Below the pieces are notes generated by a model, which was not told the origin of the DNA, did no database searches, and saw only the letters and a program-made list of their open reading frames with translations. This document shows, one piece after another, positions 13,555-27,006 of a stretch of DNA of 64,000 bases. Source of the stretch: Octopus sinensis (lineage: Eukaryota); NCBI RefSeq assembly GCF_006345805.1, contig NC_042999.1:149916001-149980000 (forward strand), in the 5' to 3' direction. The translations under genes and the position numbers were made by a program. Position 1 is the first letter of the stretch, and every line of letters starts with the position of its first letter.

Positions 13555-14330
13555 GGCTTTATAAACAGTATGTTATAGATCCGTTAGGTGGTTGCGTTTA
13601 TGGATACATATTGATATAATTGTAGTTAAAAAATGATAATAAAGAGGTAATAGTGAAATGGTAATTATAATCCGAGAGAATGAGTGTAAAATATCCAGAT
13701 ATTAGCATTTAGTAATATATAAATATTTCCTCAAACTCGAACTGGTTTGAAAGATCGAGGCTTGTTTGAAAAGATGGCGTATCCTCCAAGCTGGAAGATC
13801 TTTAAGCAAGCCCACAATTTTCGTATTAAGTTTTTCGGATAGAAGGAAGAAAATTATAGTGTAAAAAAAAGCTAAACTTTATGTAAAAGGAAAATACAAT
13901 TTAAATGAAGAATATATTTGATCGTCCGTGATGGATATGACAAAAATGGTAGAGTGTAATTAATAAGCGGTTGTCTTCGGGACGCACTTCCACCATTAAT
14001 GTTTTCTCTTTGCATGGTATTAGAACGATCGGGGGTAGCAGTAGCAACAATGTGTGGGAGTAGCAAACTGTAGAATTGCAATCAGGTAGTTATATCTACT
14101 CTTCCTTTTCCTCGCTCTATACTAGTCAGCCCGTGCGGCTACACGTGAGGCACTGTTATAGAAAAATAACGTAGCTGCGCATGTGTATTCCAAACACACT
14201 CAGTGGACGGCCTCCAACTAAAAATAGAAAGTTGAATCGAGTAATGTATGGAAGTAAATACGGGCTATAATTCACATATATTCATGTGTTCTTTTTATTG
14301 GTTTACTATTGCGCATGCATTTGTGTTATT
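13555..14330. promoter_or_regulatory. Candidate promoter/first exon region
   Basis: Repeat-free and CpG-retaining. YY1-like AAGATGGCG at 13771, CACGTG near 14142, NRF1-like TGCGCATG near 14176 and 14310, pyrimidine initiator-like tracts, minus-strand GTAAGT donor at 13554. Confidence 0.45.
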
Positions 14331-16369
14331 TTAAAATAAACATTATTTGTAATTTACAACTGATGTTGCAAATTTAAAACTTGCAGAATATATTGAATGC
14401 ATATGCATATAATATTTTTTTTCTCTCTTTAACTTTCATCATTATAACTGTAATTAGTTAAAAATTTAGTTTTTACTACTACTCTCTCAAGCTAATCACC
14501 TTTACCATGACTTTCGAAGGCTCTCCCACGCTTAGCAGTACACAATTATTTTTAATTGTTTCTCTGAAGCCAATGCTTTGTGCTTTGGCTTTTAAATATG
14601 CAATGTTGAAAATTTTTATTTTTGTTGTTTGCCCGTGAGGGTGGTATTCAAGTTTACTTAATGGCCAAGGAAACTCAACATCAGTTATGTACAACCAATA
14701 GAAACAGGACTCAGAGCCTAATTATTATCAATGTTTGCTACGACTTGTTACCAATAAATAAGAGTAGGGGTCCCAACGCATTGTATTGCATAGAAGCTTA
14801 TAATGCTGTTACGACAGTCTTAATCACTGGTTCAATTCATGGACTAGCAATGCGATGGTTACTTGAGCAAGGCACTTCATTTTTGGCTCTTTATGTTCTG
14901 GGTTCGAATTTCACCGAGATCGACTTTCCTTTTATCTTTTCGAGATCGATAAAATAAGAATCAGTGGAGAACTGGGGTCGATGTAATCGAATTCCGCCCC
15001 AGTTGAAATTGTTGGCCTTGTACCAAATTTGAAAATGTTATTATTGCTATTGAGGGCGATTGAATAGTAGAATTGTTAAAGAGTCCGGGAAAATGCTTTA
15101 CAACATCCTTTCTGACTCTTTACACTCTCGTTTCATATGCCCCTTTGCTTTTTACCTTTCCAGGGCCGCTAAGGTGATGTAGCAGTTAAGTATTGGAATC
15201 GATAGTATCGACGAAGTACCTCCATCTCCGAATTGCTGGCATTGTGCCAAAATTAGAAAGTAAGATCCTGTGAAAATACTGGTTCAGATCACACTCCCAG
15301 ATGAATAGAAACTATGAAAGGGTTGCGAGTAGGGTGGCCAATCTCATTCAGAAATGGGCCAAGAGGCTGTTTTCAAAAGGCCGGGGTGGGGAAGTAGCTA
15401 ATGCATTCATCGCCCCTGAAACCATTAAGGCAACGGGCTGACGGAATTGTTAATGCTTAGGGACATTTCTTCTGACTTTTTGCATTCTGAGTTCAAATAC
15501 TGCCGAGGTCCACTTAGCCTTCCATCCTTTCGGGGTTGGTAAAATACAGAACCAGTCAAGTATTGGCGTCGATGTAATTGACCTCCTGCCCCCTTCCAAA
15601 ATTGCTGGCCTTGTGCCAAAATTAAAAAGTAAAATCCAATGAAAATACTGGTTCAGATCACACCCCCAGGTGAATAGGAACTATGAAAAGGTTGCGAGTA
15701 GGGTGGCCACTCTCATTCAGAAATGGGCCAAAAAGCTGTTTTCTAAAAGCCGGGGTGGGGAAGTAGCTAATGCATTCATCGCCTCTGTGGTGTACCACCA
15801 CCTGACAGTCGTAACTTGTTTTATAAAACTTCTGGTTAGATTGGAGGGCTTGTTTTCACGCTTCTAATGGAAGGGTTAGGTTTTGCAGGTCAGAAAATTC
15901 GTCTTCTATCAACACCTACTTTGTGGTGATCTCGGGATCCTATCCTGAATGTGCTGGAACCAGGGTCGGATTAAGCTCTTAAAATATTTTGATGCTCTCA
16001 TATATATGTAATTCGAAGTATAACAATAATAAACCATAAAATACATTTTTATTTTTCAAAACGAATCAAAACAAACAGTAAGATGGAATATAATATTTAT
16101 TTTTGCATACTTTCATTTCATTTCTATGTGAAAAGTTTTCTCCTACATTTTTCTAATTGCAAAGTCTTTGATCAGATCCTCACTATGACACCATGAACAC
16201 TTCGAAATTATATTTCCGATTATATAAATCAATGGAATATTATTTCAGCAAGTTTAAAGTGATTTCTTTTGTACCGTAAACAATTTGCAATTTCTGTGGT
16301 GCCCTCGCCTTCCCTCGATGCTCTGTGCACGTATTTATTTTGCTTAATGGTTAATCCAGCGCTGGCCGG

Positions 16370-17440
16370 AATGCATTGACGTTGATGCACCTGCAATGAG
16401 AGCGAACTGGTGAGGGCGTCTTTCGTGCGACATGTCTTTCTGCTGCTTGTCTTTTTCACCGAGCTGCAGCTATGGGTCAAGTGTAAACCATGATGGGGCG
16501 TTTGGCAACAAAAGTGTTGTTAGGCGCTCACAGCATTGTACCAGCTGAAGAAAGTTGTTAGCAAGAAAACAACTCAAGATTGCTATAGCGGGTTAGTTGA
16601 GTATATGAGTGATGATGTCCTGTGATTGAGTTTGGGCATCGACAAGAACAGTCTAGGTGGTTTCTTCTGAAGAACTTTCAGGTCGGAGACTATGGACAAC
16701 TTACAAAATTATTTGGCATGGTAGCACTACAGAACACAAGTACCAACAACCGAACCAGTCTGTGATACATACGAGGGGATGAAACTGTTCTACTGGTAAT
16801 CGTTCAGTTTCCGTTCATGAGTGACTTGTGTGAACTTGTGTCAAATAGCTACTGTCTCGCCGATCGATGGACAGGTCGAATCCGACCAGTGCATCGGTCG
16901 ATGCATCAGTTTCCTTTGGCTTCCTTTGTTAGAAAACAGAGGCAGATCTTCCTCTGCTTAGTGACTGTGTCGAAAGAGGTTGTGCAAAAGCACTTTTCTG
17001 TTCAACCAAGCTCCCATCAATATCATCATATATCACTTAAAGTGGATGATGAGGGTACAGAGGAAGGTGCTACCTTCTAGATTGGTTATAGAAACGTAGA
17101 TGTGAGTGGCAAGACTGGTGAGGCTGAATGGACCTACTCGGCATATGCTTTTCTAAGTAGGAGGGAAGAAACTGAATGAGGGCACTTTCGATGCCTTGGA
17201 GACAGTAGAGTAATCTGGGCCTTTTGTGTGTGGGGTCTACTCCGAATTACCTAGATGGACTTCTTCGCTATTAAGGATTCTATTTATTTATTTATTTATT
17301 TTTCTGAATTCTTTTTTTATCTTTCGTTATATCCTTGTTGGTGTTGTTTCTCTTTGATCGATGAAAACCCCACCTTTTGTGTGTTGCATTTCGTCCTTTG
17401 ATTTGTCTTCCATATCTTGGGCCCTGTGGCCAATAAAAAA
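16370..17440 (+). mobile_element. Tx1/L1-type LINE 3' fragment (ORF2 C-terminus plus 3' UTR), degenerate
   Basis: MDNLQN.LAW, DETVL..IVQ.P, IFLCLVTVSKEVV motifs; T-rich 3' UTR ending GCCCTGTGGCCAATAAAAAA. A similar 3' end lies at 29270-29345. Confidence 0.7.
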
Positions 17441-19959
17441 ATCATCATCATCATCATTATTATTAAGGAGGCGAGTAGGCAGAGACGTTAGCAATCCGGA
17501 AAAAAATGTTTAGCGGCATCTCGTTCGTCTTTACGTTAAGTTGAAATTCCGCCGAGGTCAACTTTGCCCTTCATCCTTTTGGGGGTCGATAAAATAAGTA
17601 CCAGTTAAATACTAGGGTGAGTCGATTACTACATCGACCTCCCCCCTTCTCCAGAAATTGCTGGATTAATGCCAGAATTCGAAAACATTATTATGTTTAA
17701 GGCAGCGAGCTGGCAGAATCGTTAGCACGCCGGGTAAAATGATTCGCTGCATTTTGTTCGTCTTTACGTTCTGAGTTCAAATTCCGTCGCGGTTGACTTT
17801 GCCTTTCATCCTTTAGGAGTCGATGAAATAAGTACCAATTGAACACTTATCATTTCTCCCGAAATTGCCGGCTTTCTGCCAAAACTTGAAACGGAGAGTA
17901 TGGCGAAGAAAATAAATGATCTAGTGGAATTTAAAAAAAATTAGATCAGTAATATTGATATTGGATTAAAGGATTTAGAGCTTTATTCTCACGATCTACT
18001 TTATCTTTATCTTAGGTCGATAAAATCACTGCTAGAGATTCTATTGACTCTTCGTTCGTATCTGTAAAAATATATATATAAAAAATTAAGGTGGTTTTCG
18101 GGTTGATAAATTTTAAAATGGTGCAATTTTTGCGCAAGTATTTCAACTACGGTAGATCTTTCTGCCCTTGGTGCACCCTGTAACCCACTTCGACATGTTT
18201 GGCTTTGTTGTTATCACATGGAAGAAGGCTGCAGACTGACAGAATCGTTAGCGCGTCTGGACAAAATGCGTAGCGGCATTTTTTTCGGTTCCTTATATTC
18301 TGAGTTCAAATCCCGCCAAGGTCGACTTTGCTTTTCATCCTTCGGAGGTCAGTGTAAGATAATTACCAGTCATGTACTGGAGTCGCTGGTATAGCCTTAA
18401 CCCTACCGCTCAGTATAGATGGTCTTGTGCCTAAATCAGAAACCGTTATTATCAGAGGGAAGAAGATCATCAGACCGTTAGCTGACATGCCTTTCGGAAT
18501 TTGTGGCAGCTCTGTATGTTCTGAGTTCAAATCCTGCTGAAGTCATCTTTACCTTTCATTCTTTCGGGGATAGATAAAATAAAGTATCAGTCAAATACTG
18601 GGGTCGATATAATTAACTATTCACCTCCCTCCAAAATTTATGGCCTTGTACTTATGTAAGAAATAATTATCACACGGTAAGAATTTGACCCCCGAGTTAT
18701 TTCTTTGTGTGCGTATGTGTGTGTGTGGGGGGGGGGGAGAACGACAAATGAAAGCCGTCTTTGAAATCCACGTGACATAGCCTAATTATTATCTTGCATT
18801 GAAATAGTTGATACTCGCACAAAAAAAAGAGAGAAATAAAATATACATAAATATATATCATCCTGGCAAAAACGGGGAATGTTATCAACTTTCCGACATT
18901 ATCAATTCTTGAGAATCCATTGAGAACAAACCGTATATTTAACAAATAGAACAAATATACAAAGTCAAAAGTGTATCAGATATATGAATGCAGAGGAAAT
19001 TGAGAGCTAAAAAGTGTTGAAATATTATTTTGTAACGAAATCCTGAAACCAACAGATGTTTATGGTGACAGAGAAATATGGGACTCCAAATTTAAGCAGA
19101 TAGCAAAACGATCATGTCAAAATGATAGATCCTCGCTAGAAATAAGGGACAGGGTCTGGATGATCACAAATGTACAGAAGACCGCGAGGAAGACTTGGGT
19201 ATCTCACGACAAGAAATATACAAAGAACAAAACTAGGGAACATAAAAGCGGAGGCAAAAGATGACACAAGAATTGTATTTAGATTTGCAAGCATAGTGGC
19301 AGAAAAGAAACTGGTGTATCAACTAGTGATGCAGAGAGGGGTGCAAAGAGGAAAAAAGAAAACTGAAACAGTTCTGTGAATTTGGGAAAGAGGATAATAA
19401 ACGTAAGAATATTATGCTCGTTTTGTCTTCCTAATTTTGCATGAGTTACTTGAAATTTAAGCAACACTTCCTGTAACGACAATAACTGTGTTGCACTCCT
19501 TTTCCAAGATCAAATTAGTTAAATTTAATGTACGGATTCTATGTGGAGAAGAGAGGCTCTTCGATCTCATACAGTTTAACATTAATAAGCCTACAGAGTT
19601 AAGTTAGTATGGACATGTAACACAACTAGCTTATTTATATACAACGGATTCGTAACAAAAGATGGAAAATACGGTCTTCGTTTTTGCGTCCATTGTTCTC
19701 AAAATTTGCACTTAAATGCCGTCATTTTGGGTGAAGTTAAGTTTAATTTTAGTAAATAAAAGCCATTCAATTCCATTTTTTTGTGACTCAACTCGATTGC
19801 AACACAGGTGTATATTCGAGATAACTGTGAAAAATGCCATTTTCCTTCTGCCACTTTTAGGGAGTTTACTTCTGTCATCTGTGGCGTTCACACTAACAAC
19901 CTTCTTTCCCATGAGCTTTGCACTCTTTCTCCATCGACACACTTAGTGGAAGACTACTA

Positions 19960-20176
19960 CGAGGGGTTGCTGAAAAGTTCCTGGCTATGGGTAAAAGAAA
20001 ATACAGGAAGATCATTTAATAATGATTTTATCCAATATATTCCCATCTCAGATTCACACACTTATTGCAGCGATCCTTCAGTTTTTCTAGGCTCTGTAAA
20101 AGAACTCGGAAGGTTGGGCCTCTAACCAGGCCGTACGGGACACCCTTGAAGCCAGGAACTTTCTAGCATCCACTCG
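19960..20176. mobile_element. mariner-derived MITE
   Basis: TIRs CGAGGGGTTGCTGAAAAGTTCCTGGCT / AGCCAGGAACTTTCTAGCATCCACTCG; TA flanks. Confidence 0.85.
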
Positions 20177-21449
20177 TACAAGTACTGAACAAGAGATTTT
20201 CTTATCACGACTGATTGTCATCCACGATATAAACCTTTGTTTTCTTCCAACTTGTCGTAGTTGAATAAATTACGTAACGAATGAATCAAATACGTATGTT
20301 ATACGTATAGACTATCTTTCGTCAATTCATTTCAATTCATCAGAAATTATTAACTTGCCACGTGTATCCTTCCTAATCTTGTTACATCTCTACCTGTTAC
20401 ATCTTACTGGTAACACATAGTTCAAATAATTATATATGCGGTGCCCCAGCACAAGGGCGGTGCCCCAGCATGGCCTCAGCCGGATGGCTGAAACAAGTAA
20501 AAGAGTAAAAGAGTATGCGCAGTAAGCTGGAAGTAGAAAGTGAATGCTGTAAATGTAGACTGCAGAATGCAATATTAATGGCGTGCTTTTAATACACTTC
20601 CTTTTTACTTCACATGTTCTGCGTTTTGTGTGCAACTATCGATTATTTATAAAAAGAAGATGAAAATAGCCATATAATGTTGATTTACATTGGTTTTGCC
20701 AAATACATTTTTGTCTTGTATCTTACAAAATTGTCTAACTCATGCGGGCATTAAAACTGATGTTAAGTTGATAACGGTTACGATGGAAATGCTTTCAGTG
20801 AAACTCACCAGTTCCATAATCTTTCAAATGGAGTATTTTACTTGCTTTAGTCATTAGACTGTGGTCATGCTGGGGCACCTCCTTGATGAATTTTTAGTCA
20901 AACGAATCGACTCCAGAACTAATTTTTCAACATGGTACTTATTCTCGTTCGGTCTCTTTTGCTAGATATGGCGACGCAAAGACACCAACACCGGGTGCCA
21001 AGCAATGTTGCAGGAAAAACACACACACACACACACACACAAACAAGTCTGTATACATTATACGGCGGTTTTTTTCTGTTTCATCTACCAAATCTACTCA
21101 CAAAGTTTTGGTTGATCCGAGGCTATAGTAGAAGACGTTTGCCCAAGGAGCCACGCAGTGGGACTGAACCCGGAACCATGTGGTTGGGAAGCAAGCTTCT
21201 AATCACGCAGCCATATTTTACTTTTTTATTTCTTGCTTTTATGCATAAGAAAATATTTCTGTCAATGATTCAAGAATGTATCTCGTATTCACAATTGAGT
21301 AGAAGAAAGAAAAGGAAAGTGAATTCATATTCTCTTTGAATCTGAACATAAAGGTTATAAAAATTCGTTTAATTCTTGGAACTGGATGTGTTTTATATAT
21401 CTGAGAAAAATACTGACTCTTTGAAGCACGGGTACATTTTAGAAAGGAG

Positions 21450-21615
21450 AGATTTAGTTTGGCTATAACCCTGGAAGACGCAAAAACAAGGGGTCACGTG
21501 GTTTTGTGTTTACAGCTGAAAATATCGATGCTTCTGCCCAATTAATAAGCCGTAAACACAAAACTATGTGGGAAACCGCTTTTGCATCTTCTAGAGCTAT
21601 ATTTAAACGAAATCA
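21450..21615. mobile_element. Palindromic MITE
   Basis: ~65-bp imperfect inverted arms (GAAGACGCAAAA..GTTTTGTGTTTAC / GTAAACACAAAAC..TTTTGCATCTTC). Confidence 0.7.
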
Positions 21616-22334
21616 CACCCGCTGAAGCATACTCGTAGGATAAAAGGCTTAACAACTAGCCAACAAAGAAATGGATGGATGGGGTGAGACTGGAAGAGTA
21701 TCTGAGAAAATGTTCGATAAATTGATATTTAAAAAAATAGTAGAAGATAGGAAATGTTTATCTCTAGACAGACTTACATAAACATTTAGTGGAGATAATA
21801 GTATGATAACCGCGTGACGAATAAACTCGAAATGGTACAATCGTTATCATTTTATCAATGATTTTGAATTAAATTGATAAATTTGAAGCTCTCATTTTAA
21901 TTATTTATTTACAAATCTTCAAAATACTGAACCGAGCCGAAAGTGTAGTGGTTCCTTTGGCGTTGTTGATGTTGCATTATTTCCAAGACCAAAGAATTTA
22001 ACCCAGAAATAGTCGGGGTTAATGAAATTTATACTTTGCGATATTACATCCAAATGCGTTCAAATCCATCCGAGGTTGTTTTAGCCTTTCATCCTTTTGA
22101 GGTTATTAAAATACGAGGGTCGATGGTATCGACTAACTCCTTCTCCCAAATTTCACTGGTAAATTAAAATTCTGCTCAGAGTTTCGACCCTCAGAAAGAT
22201 GTGAACGGAAATATTGCGGGGCATTTTTTGCGACGCGCTAACGTCTCTGCCAGCTCGGGATTATTTGGGGTGGAGTGGAAATGTTAGCAAGAATTTTCAT
22301 GGATCACTTTCCTATTTCACAAGAATGAACATAC

Positions 22335-22712
22335 TCTCTTTTACTCTTTTACTTGTTTCAGTCATTTGACTGCGGCCATGCTGGAGCACCGCCTTTAGTC
22401 GAGCAAATCGACCCCGGGACTTATTCTTTGTAAGCCCAGTACTTATTCTATTGGTCCCTTTTGCCGAACCGCTAAGTGACGTAAACACACCAGCATCGGT
22501 TGTCAAGCAATGCTAGGGGGACAAACACAGACACACAAACATATATACGACAAGCTTCTTTCAGTTTCCGTCTACCAAATCCACTCACAAGGCATTGGTC
22601 GGCCCGGGGCTATAGCAGAAGACACTTGCCCAAGATGCCACGCAGTGGGACTGAACCCGGAACCATGTGGTTGTTTAGCAAGCTACTTACCACACAGCAA
22701 CTCCTGCGCCTA
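22335..22712 (-). mobile_element. Full-length tRNA-derived CORE-like octopus SINE (representative copy)
   Basis: tRNA-like head (TGTGTGGTAAG..GGTTCAGTCCC), CORE-like CTTGGGCAAGTGTC, tail GAAACAAGTAAAAGA. Other copies: ~1122-1262+, 1778-1935-, 3568-3912-, 5980-6140+, 20836-21212-, 30140-30330+, 31173-31592-, 45700-46118-, 58916-59027-, 63580-64000+. Confidence 0.9.
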
Positions 22713-22819
22713 TAAACATGGGTATATTTTTTTTAACTTCAGGAAGAATATAAAGAATCAACTTTCAAGTTCACAAGCATTAGTATGGAGAGATAGAAAG
22801 GACAAATATATAGGCATAA

Positions 22820-23132
22820 AAATAGCACTTGAACACTCGGCTCGCGATCGTAAGGTCGAGAGTTCGATTTCGGCGGAGCATTGTGTCCTTGAGCGAAGCC
22901 CTTTATATCATGTTGCTCCACTCCACCCAGTTAACAAAAATGAGTCGTACACGTATTTCAAAAAGCCAGTCTTGTCATATTCGGGGTGTCACGCTAAATC
23001 TCTTTAAGAACTGCGTTAAGAATATGCGTGTCCGTGGAATACTCGTCCACTTGCTCGTTAATTTCACGAACAGGCTTTTCTGTTGATCGGATCAACTGTA
23101 ACCCTCGTCATGGTAACCGACAGAGTGCCACT
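22820..23132 (+). mobile_element. Third tRNA-derived SINE family (CORE-like GTGTCCTTGAGC)
   Basis: B box AGTTCGATT, TTGTGTCCTTGAGC, CTCCACCCAG; a related tail fragment lies near 59030-59150. Confidence 0.65.
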
Positions 23133-24919
23133 ACATGAACGAAATAAGAAGGATTAATGAACTGAAGATTTTCATCCAAAATAACTCCACATTGGGTTCT
23201 ATAAAAATGCTTCTGTTTCAAGGCTTTTTGATGTCAGGTCAAATTGGATGTTTAGAAATCAACAGCTTTCTGTACTTAGTTTTCAAAAATATAGAAAAGG
23301 CAAGCTGTTGCGTAAAGACTGCAGTTTTTAAAGCCTCTGAAGCTTTTCATATCTAGAAAGATGAGAGGTTTGCCATATTCTGAGATTTTATGAATGCTTC
23401 ATAGCTGGGAAAATTTTAAAAAGTGTTTCTGCTAATCCTTCTGGATCTTCAAGCAAAACAGCAATTTTACAGTTTCTTTATGAAATACACTGACTGTGTT
23501 TCAAATAATTTTTTTGAAAGTAATGAAGAATTTAGTAAAATAACTTAGTCGTTATTAAGCTGGTGTTTGGAACATAAATTATCACGAAAGTTTGATGCAA
23601 GGTTTTTAGATCACTTTAGAACAAGAAGTTTGTATCAGAGAGCCAAGAACAGTTTTAGGCGGGTTGGTATCAAAATGGTTAAGTGATTCGAAGACCAACT
23701 GACAGTATATCATTCAAGCTCTCGAAATTAATCGAACTGCTGCTGAGTTTGATGAGATGCCTTGTAAGTGACTCCTTGATGTCACCAAGGTAAATATTTT
23801 CACAATTATCTGGAAACTCTACTAGCTTTGGAATGGTGGTTATCTTTTGATTTACTTTTTGGTTCCAATACAGAAGCTTTGATACAAATGCTGGAATCCT
23901 TCCTCTTACGAAAGTGGCATTGATATTGATCTTTTCTCCATGCAATTCCGTGTTCAGTGGATTGACGTGCCCAAACATATCCCAAGACACGAGCAATTTG
24001 TCATCTAAATGGAGTTAAGGAATTCACTAATATTCGCCAAAAATGTTTTTGATTAGTTTGACAGACCAAACTCTATTGAGAACACTTCCACTTTAAAGTC
24101 ACCTCACTTTCGTGAGAAAAGGAGACCTATGTGTGTGTGTGTGTGTGTGTGTGTGAAAATGTACTTTAAATATTAATTTCGAACCCGGTTTAAATAGTTT
24201 CTATAAAAAAATCATGACCCTTCCAAACACCTTGTACCCTCTTTCTATATGCTCACCCCTTGTAAGCTCACAAACCCTACCACACCTTTCAAAGAGGTAC
24301 TATTACTTAGGTAAAGACCTATCGATATAGAGCTTCTTCGTGCATACGTGACCCTTACTTTAGAAGCTTCTAACATTAATTTATTACTAATTATTTTAAA
24401 CATTACAATTTTTGAAAATATATTTTTATCAATTGATAATCAGTTGATTTTCGATTTTAAAAGGTTATTGGTGATTTAAAATGTAAAGGTCAAAGTTGTA
24501 GCCTCTAAAAGGGTGAAATATTGGAACTATATATTTTATAAGTATTTATTTATTATTTTATATACGCTGTATAAATGTTGTAGACCTAGTAGTTTTGAAC
24601 AGAAAAAAGCCATTACTCTTCAAAATGCTCATACCTCACTTAATATGAAATTGAATATAAATATTGTTTTGTCTCATTGCAATAAACATATTAAAAAAAA
24701 AAGAAAATGAACTTTCAATAACAACAAAAAAAGCTAGTAATATCCTAAAAAATCAAAATAATGTCATGTTTACGTAACTAAACAAAATGAATGTATATAC
24801 GAAACAATCTAAGTACCTTTTCGTTTCGTGATTAAATGCAACTGACTGAGGCTCTGAGAAGAAAAATATTTCTCATGCAGCATGCATTACCCCAAACTTT
24901 TTTTCTTCTCATGCTTATA

Positions 24920-25262
24920 AAATGAATTTTTTTAAAGAGCACCGCAGTCATGACTTTCGGAAATAATTTTTCACTCGGAAATGTCGAAGCATGGAATGAA
25001 CTACCGACATCAGTTGTTAGCTGTCAGGACACTGCATCCTTTAAAAAAATTTTCACGCTTCCTGAAATTTGCTAAGACTACTCCTGATGTACCCACGCAT
25101 CCCACCCTTTCCTCTTTATGGCTCGTTTATTCTTCACGTTCCTGCCTTTGTGTTCAATTCTGTGTGTGTGTTTTTGGCTTTCGTAGTTGTTTTTCTTTAA
25201 TGCTTTCTGTCACTTCTTTCCCTCTTTACCGACATGTTGTAGCGCACCTGAGCACAATAAGC
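24920..25262 (+). mobile_element. CR1/L2-type LINE 3' fragment
   Basis: HDFRK.FF..VEAWNELPTSVVSCQDTASFK, typical of a CR1 ORF2 end. Confidence 0.75.
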
Positions 25263-26138
25263 TTATTACTAATACTAAGTAAATTACTCCTGTTCTTTAA
25301 TACCTGCTCTATAGCGTTGAGGTAATGACAAACAAATCTCTACTTCGTCCCAGAACAGCATAGCCATAGGTAGGAAACGTTGCGAGCTTCCAATGGATGC
25401 AGCAAATGTTAAGGAAATGCTTAAGGGAGGGGACATGATTTTTTCTTGGAAATATAAATCTGGTGTAATTCTTACATTTTAAACCCATTTTCAAAAATCA
25501 TCTTTGTCAGAGTTGCAATATGAAGAGGACATTATGTTGTCAGTGACCAGAAAGATACGGCTAATGGTGTGTCGTAGCTCAATAAAATTTCGTTATATAA
25601 ACCCTCGCCTTAGAAATTTCCATAAAAATTTTAACGTAGAGGGCACTAGTTCACATCAAATCTAAAAAGAGGTGCAGGTTGGATCGATTAATAAACCTCT
25701 GCACAAAATAAATTTCTGTTTGATTAAAATAATTCGGTGGATTTTTTACTCTTTATTTTCAAAATAAGAAAGAGGCGTTTTGAAAACGTCATTCCGTGAA
25801 GGATGGTACTGAACTTCAAAAGGTTGATAATCACTGTTCTAGAGAAATTGAATTTAGCACTGCAAATCAACGAAACAATGATCCATTTTTGCGCCAGTGA
25901 ATCTATATACAAGGAGGTGGACCCAGCGTTTTGGCCACAGAGACAATGTAGCTAGAGATCTATGAGAGAGGGGAACGTTACGTATACCTTTGTGGACATA
26001 GTGGTGTTTTGGCCATGAAGATAGTGCAGCCAGGAGAATATAAGAGAGCGGTGTCAGCCTGTACATTTATTTGGAGTTCGGAGAATCATTAAAGAGCTCA
26101 CGAATTTCTAGTAGGCTCTCGGCTCCTCAATAATAATA

Positions 26139-26195
<57 letters not shown>

Positions 26196-26349
26196 GTTTC
26201 AAAGTTCTCCACAAGAGCAGCAACTTTGGAGGAGGGGTGTTCAAACAGTGTTCAACTGGTACTATCGACCCCGAAAGGATGAAGGGAGGCGGCATGAATT
26301 TTTCTTGGAAATATAAATCTGGTGTAATTCTTACACTCTAAACCCATTA

Positions 26350-26943
26350 GTGCTGGTGAAAGTCTTGCGCAGAAAAAGTACAATCGCAGACACGACAAGG
26401 TAGCCCAAAACCTCCATTGGCTGCTATGCCGCGAGCATGATGGGTGCTTGGTACCAACATACCCCGGAAAATGTAATGGACAAAAAGGGGAAGGCAAAAT
26501 ACGTATGGGACTTTGACTTCGAGACAGGGCAAAGTATTAGAGGGATAAACAAGAGTGTCTAATAATTGACGTGGCAGTGCCAGGAGATCAACATATCATG
26601 AAAGAAAGAGAAAAGGTTGATAAGTATGGAGACCTGAGAATTGAGATCGCTAAGATGTGGCAGCTACGCGAGTAAAACATAAAGTTCATCCCTGCTGTCA
26701 TCGGAACATTGAGTTTAATACCACCCAATCTAAAAAAAAAACAAAAAAAAAAAACATCTGAAAACTTTGGAAATGCCCTACAATCTAGGTGTGTTGCAAA
26801 ACTCGGCATTACTTGGAACTGCACGCATATTGCGTAAAGTACTGTCTATCTGAGATCCTTGTTGTGACTTGACAAACAGTACAAACCCTCGGTAGACACA
26901 ATATCTTCAATCAACATCACGATAGTGTATACTGTGCGACGTC

Positions 26944-27005
<62 letters not shown>
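26350..27005 (+). mobile_element. Dong/R4-type LINE 3' fragment with (TAA)n tail
   Basis: RRHDKVAQNLHW..IIDVAVPGD..KVDKYGDLRIEIAKMW..LLGTARILRKVL*. Confidence 0.9.
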
Positions 27006-27006
<1 letters not shown>

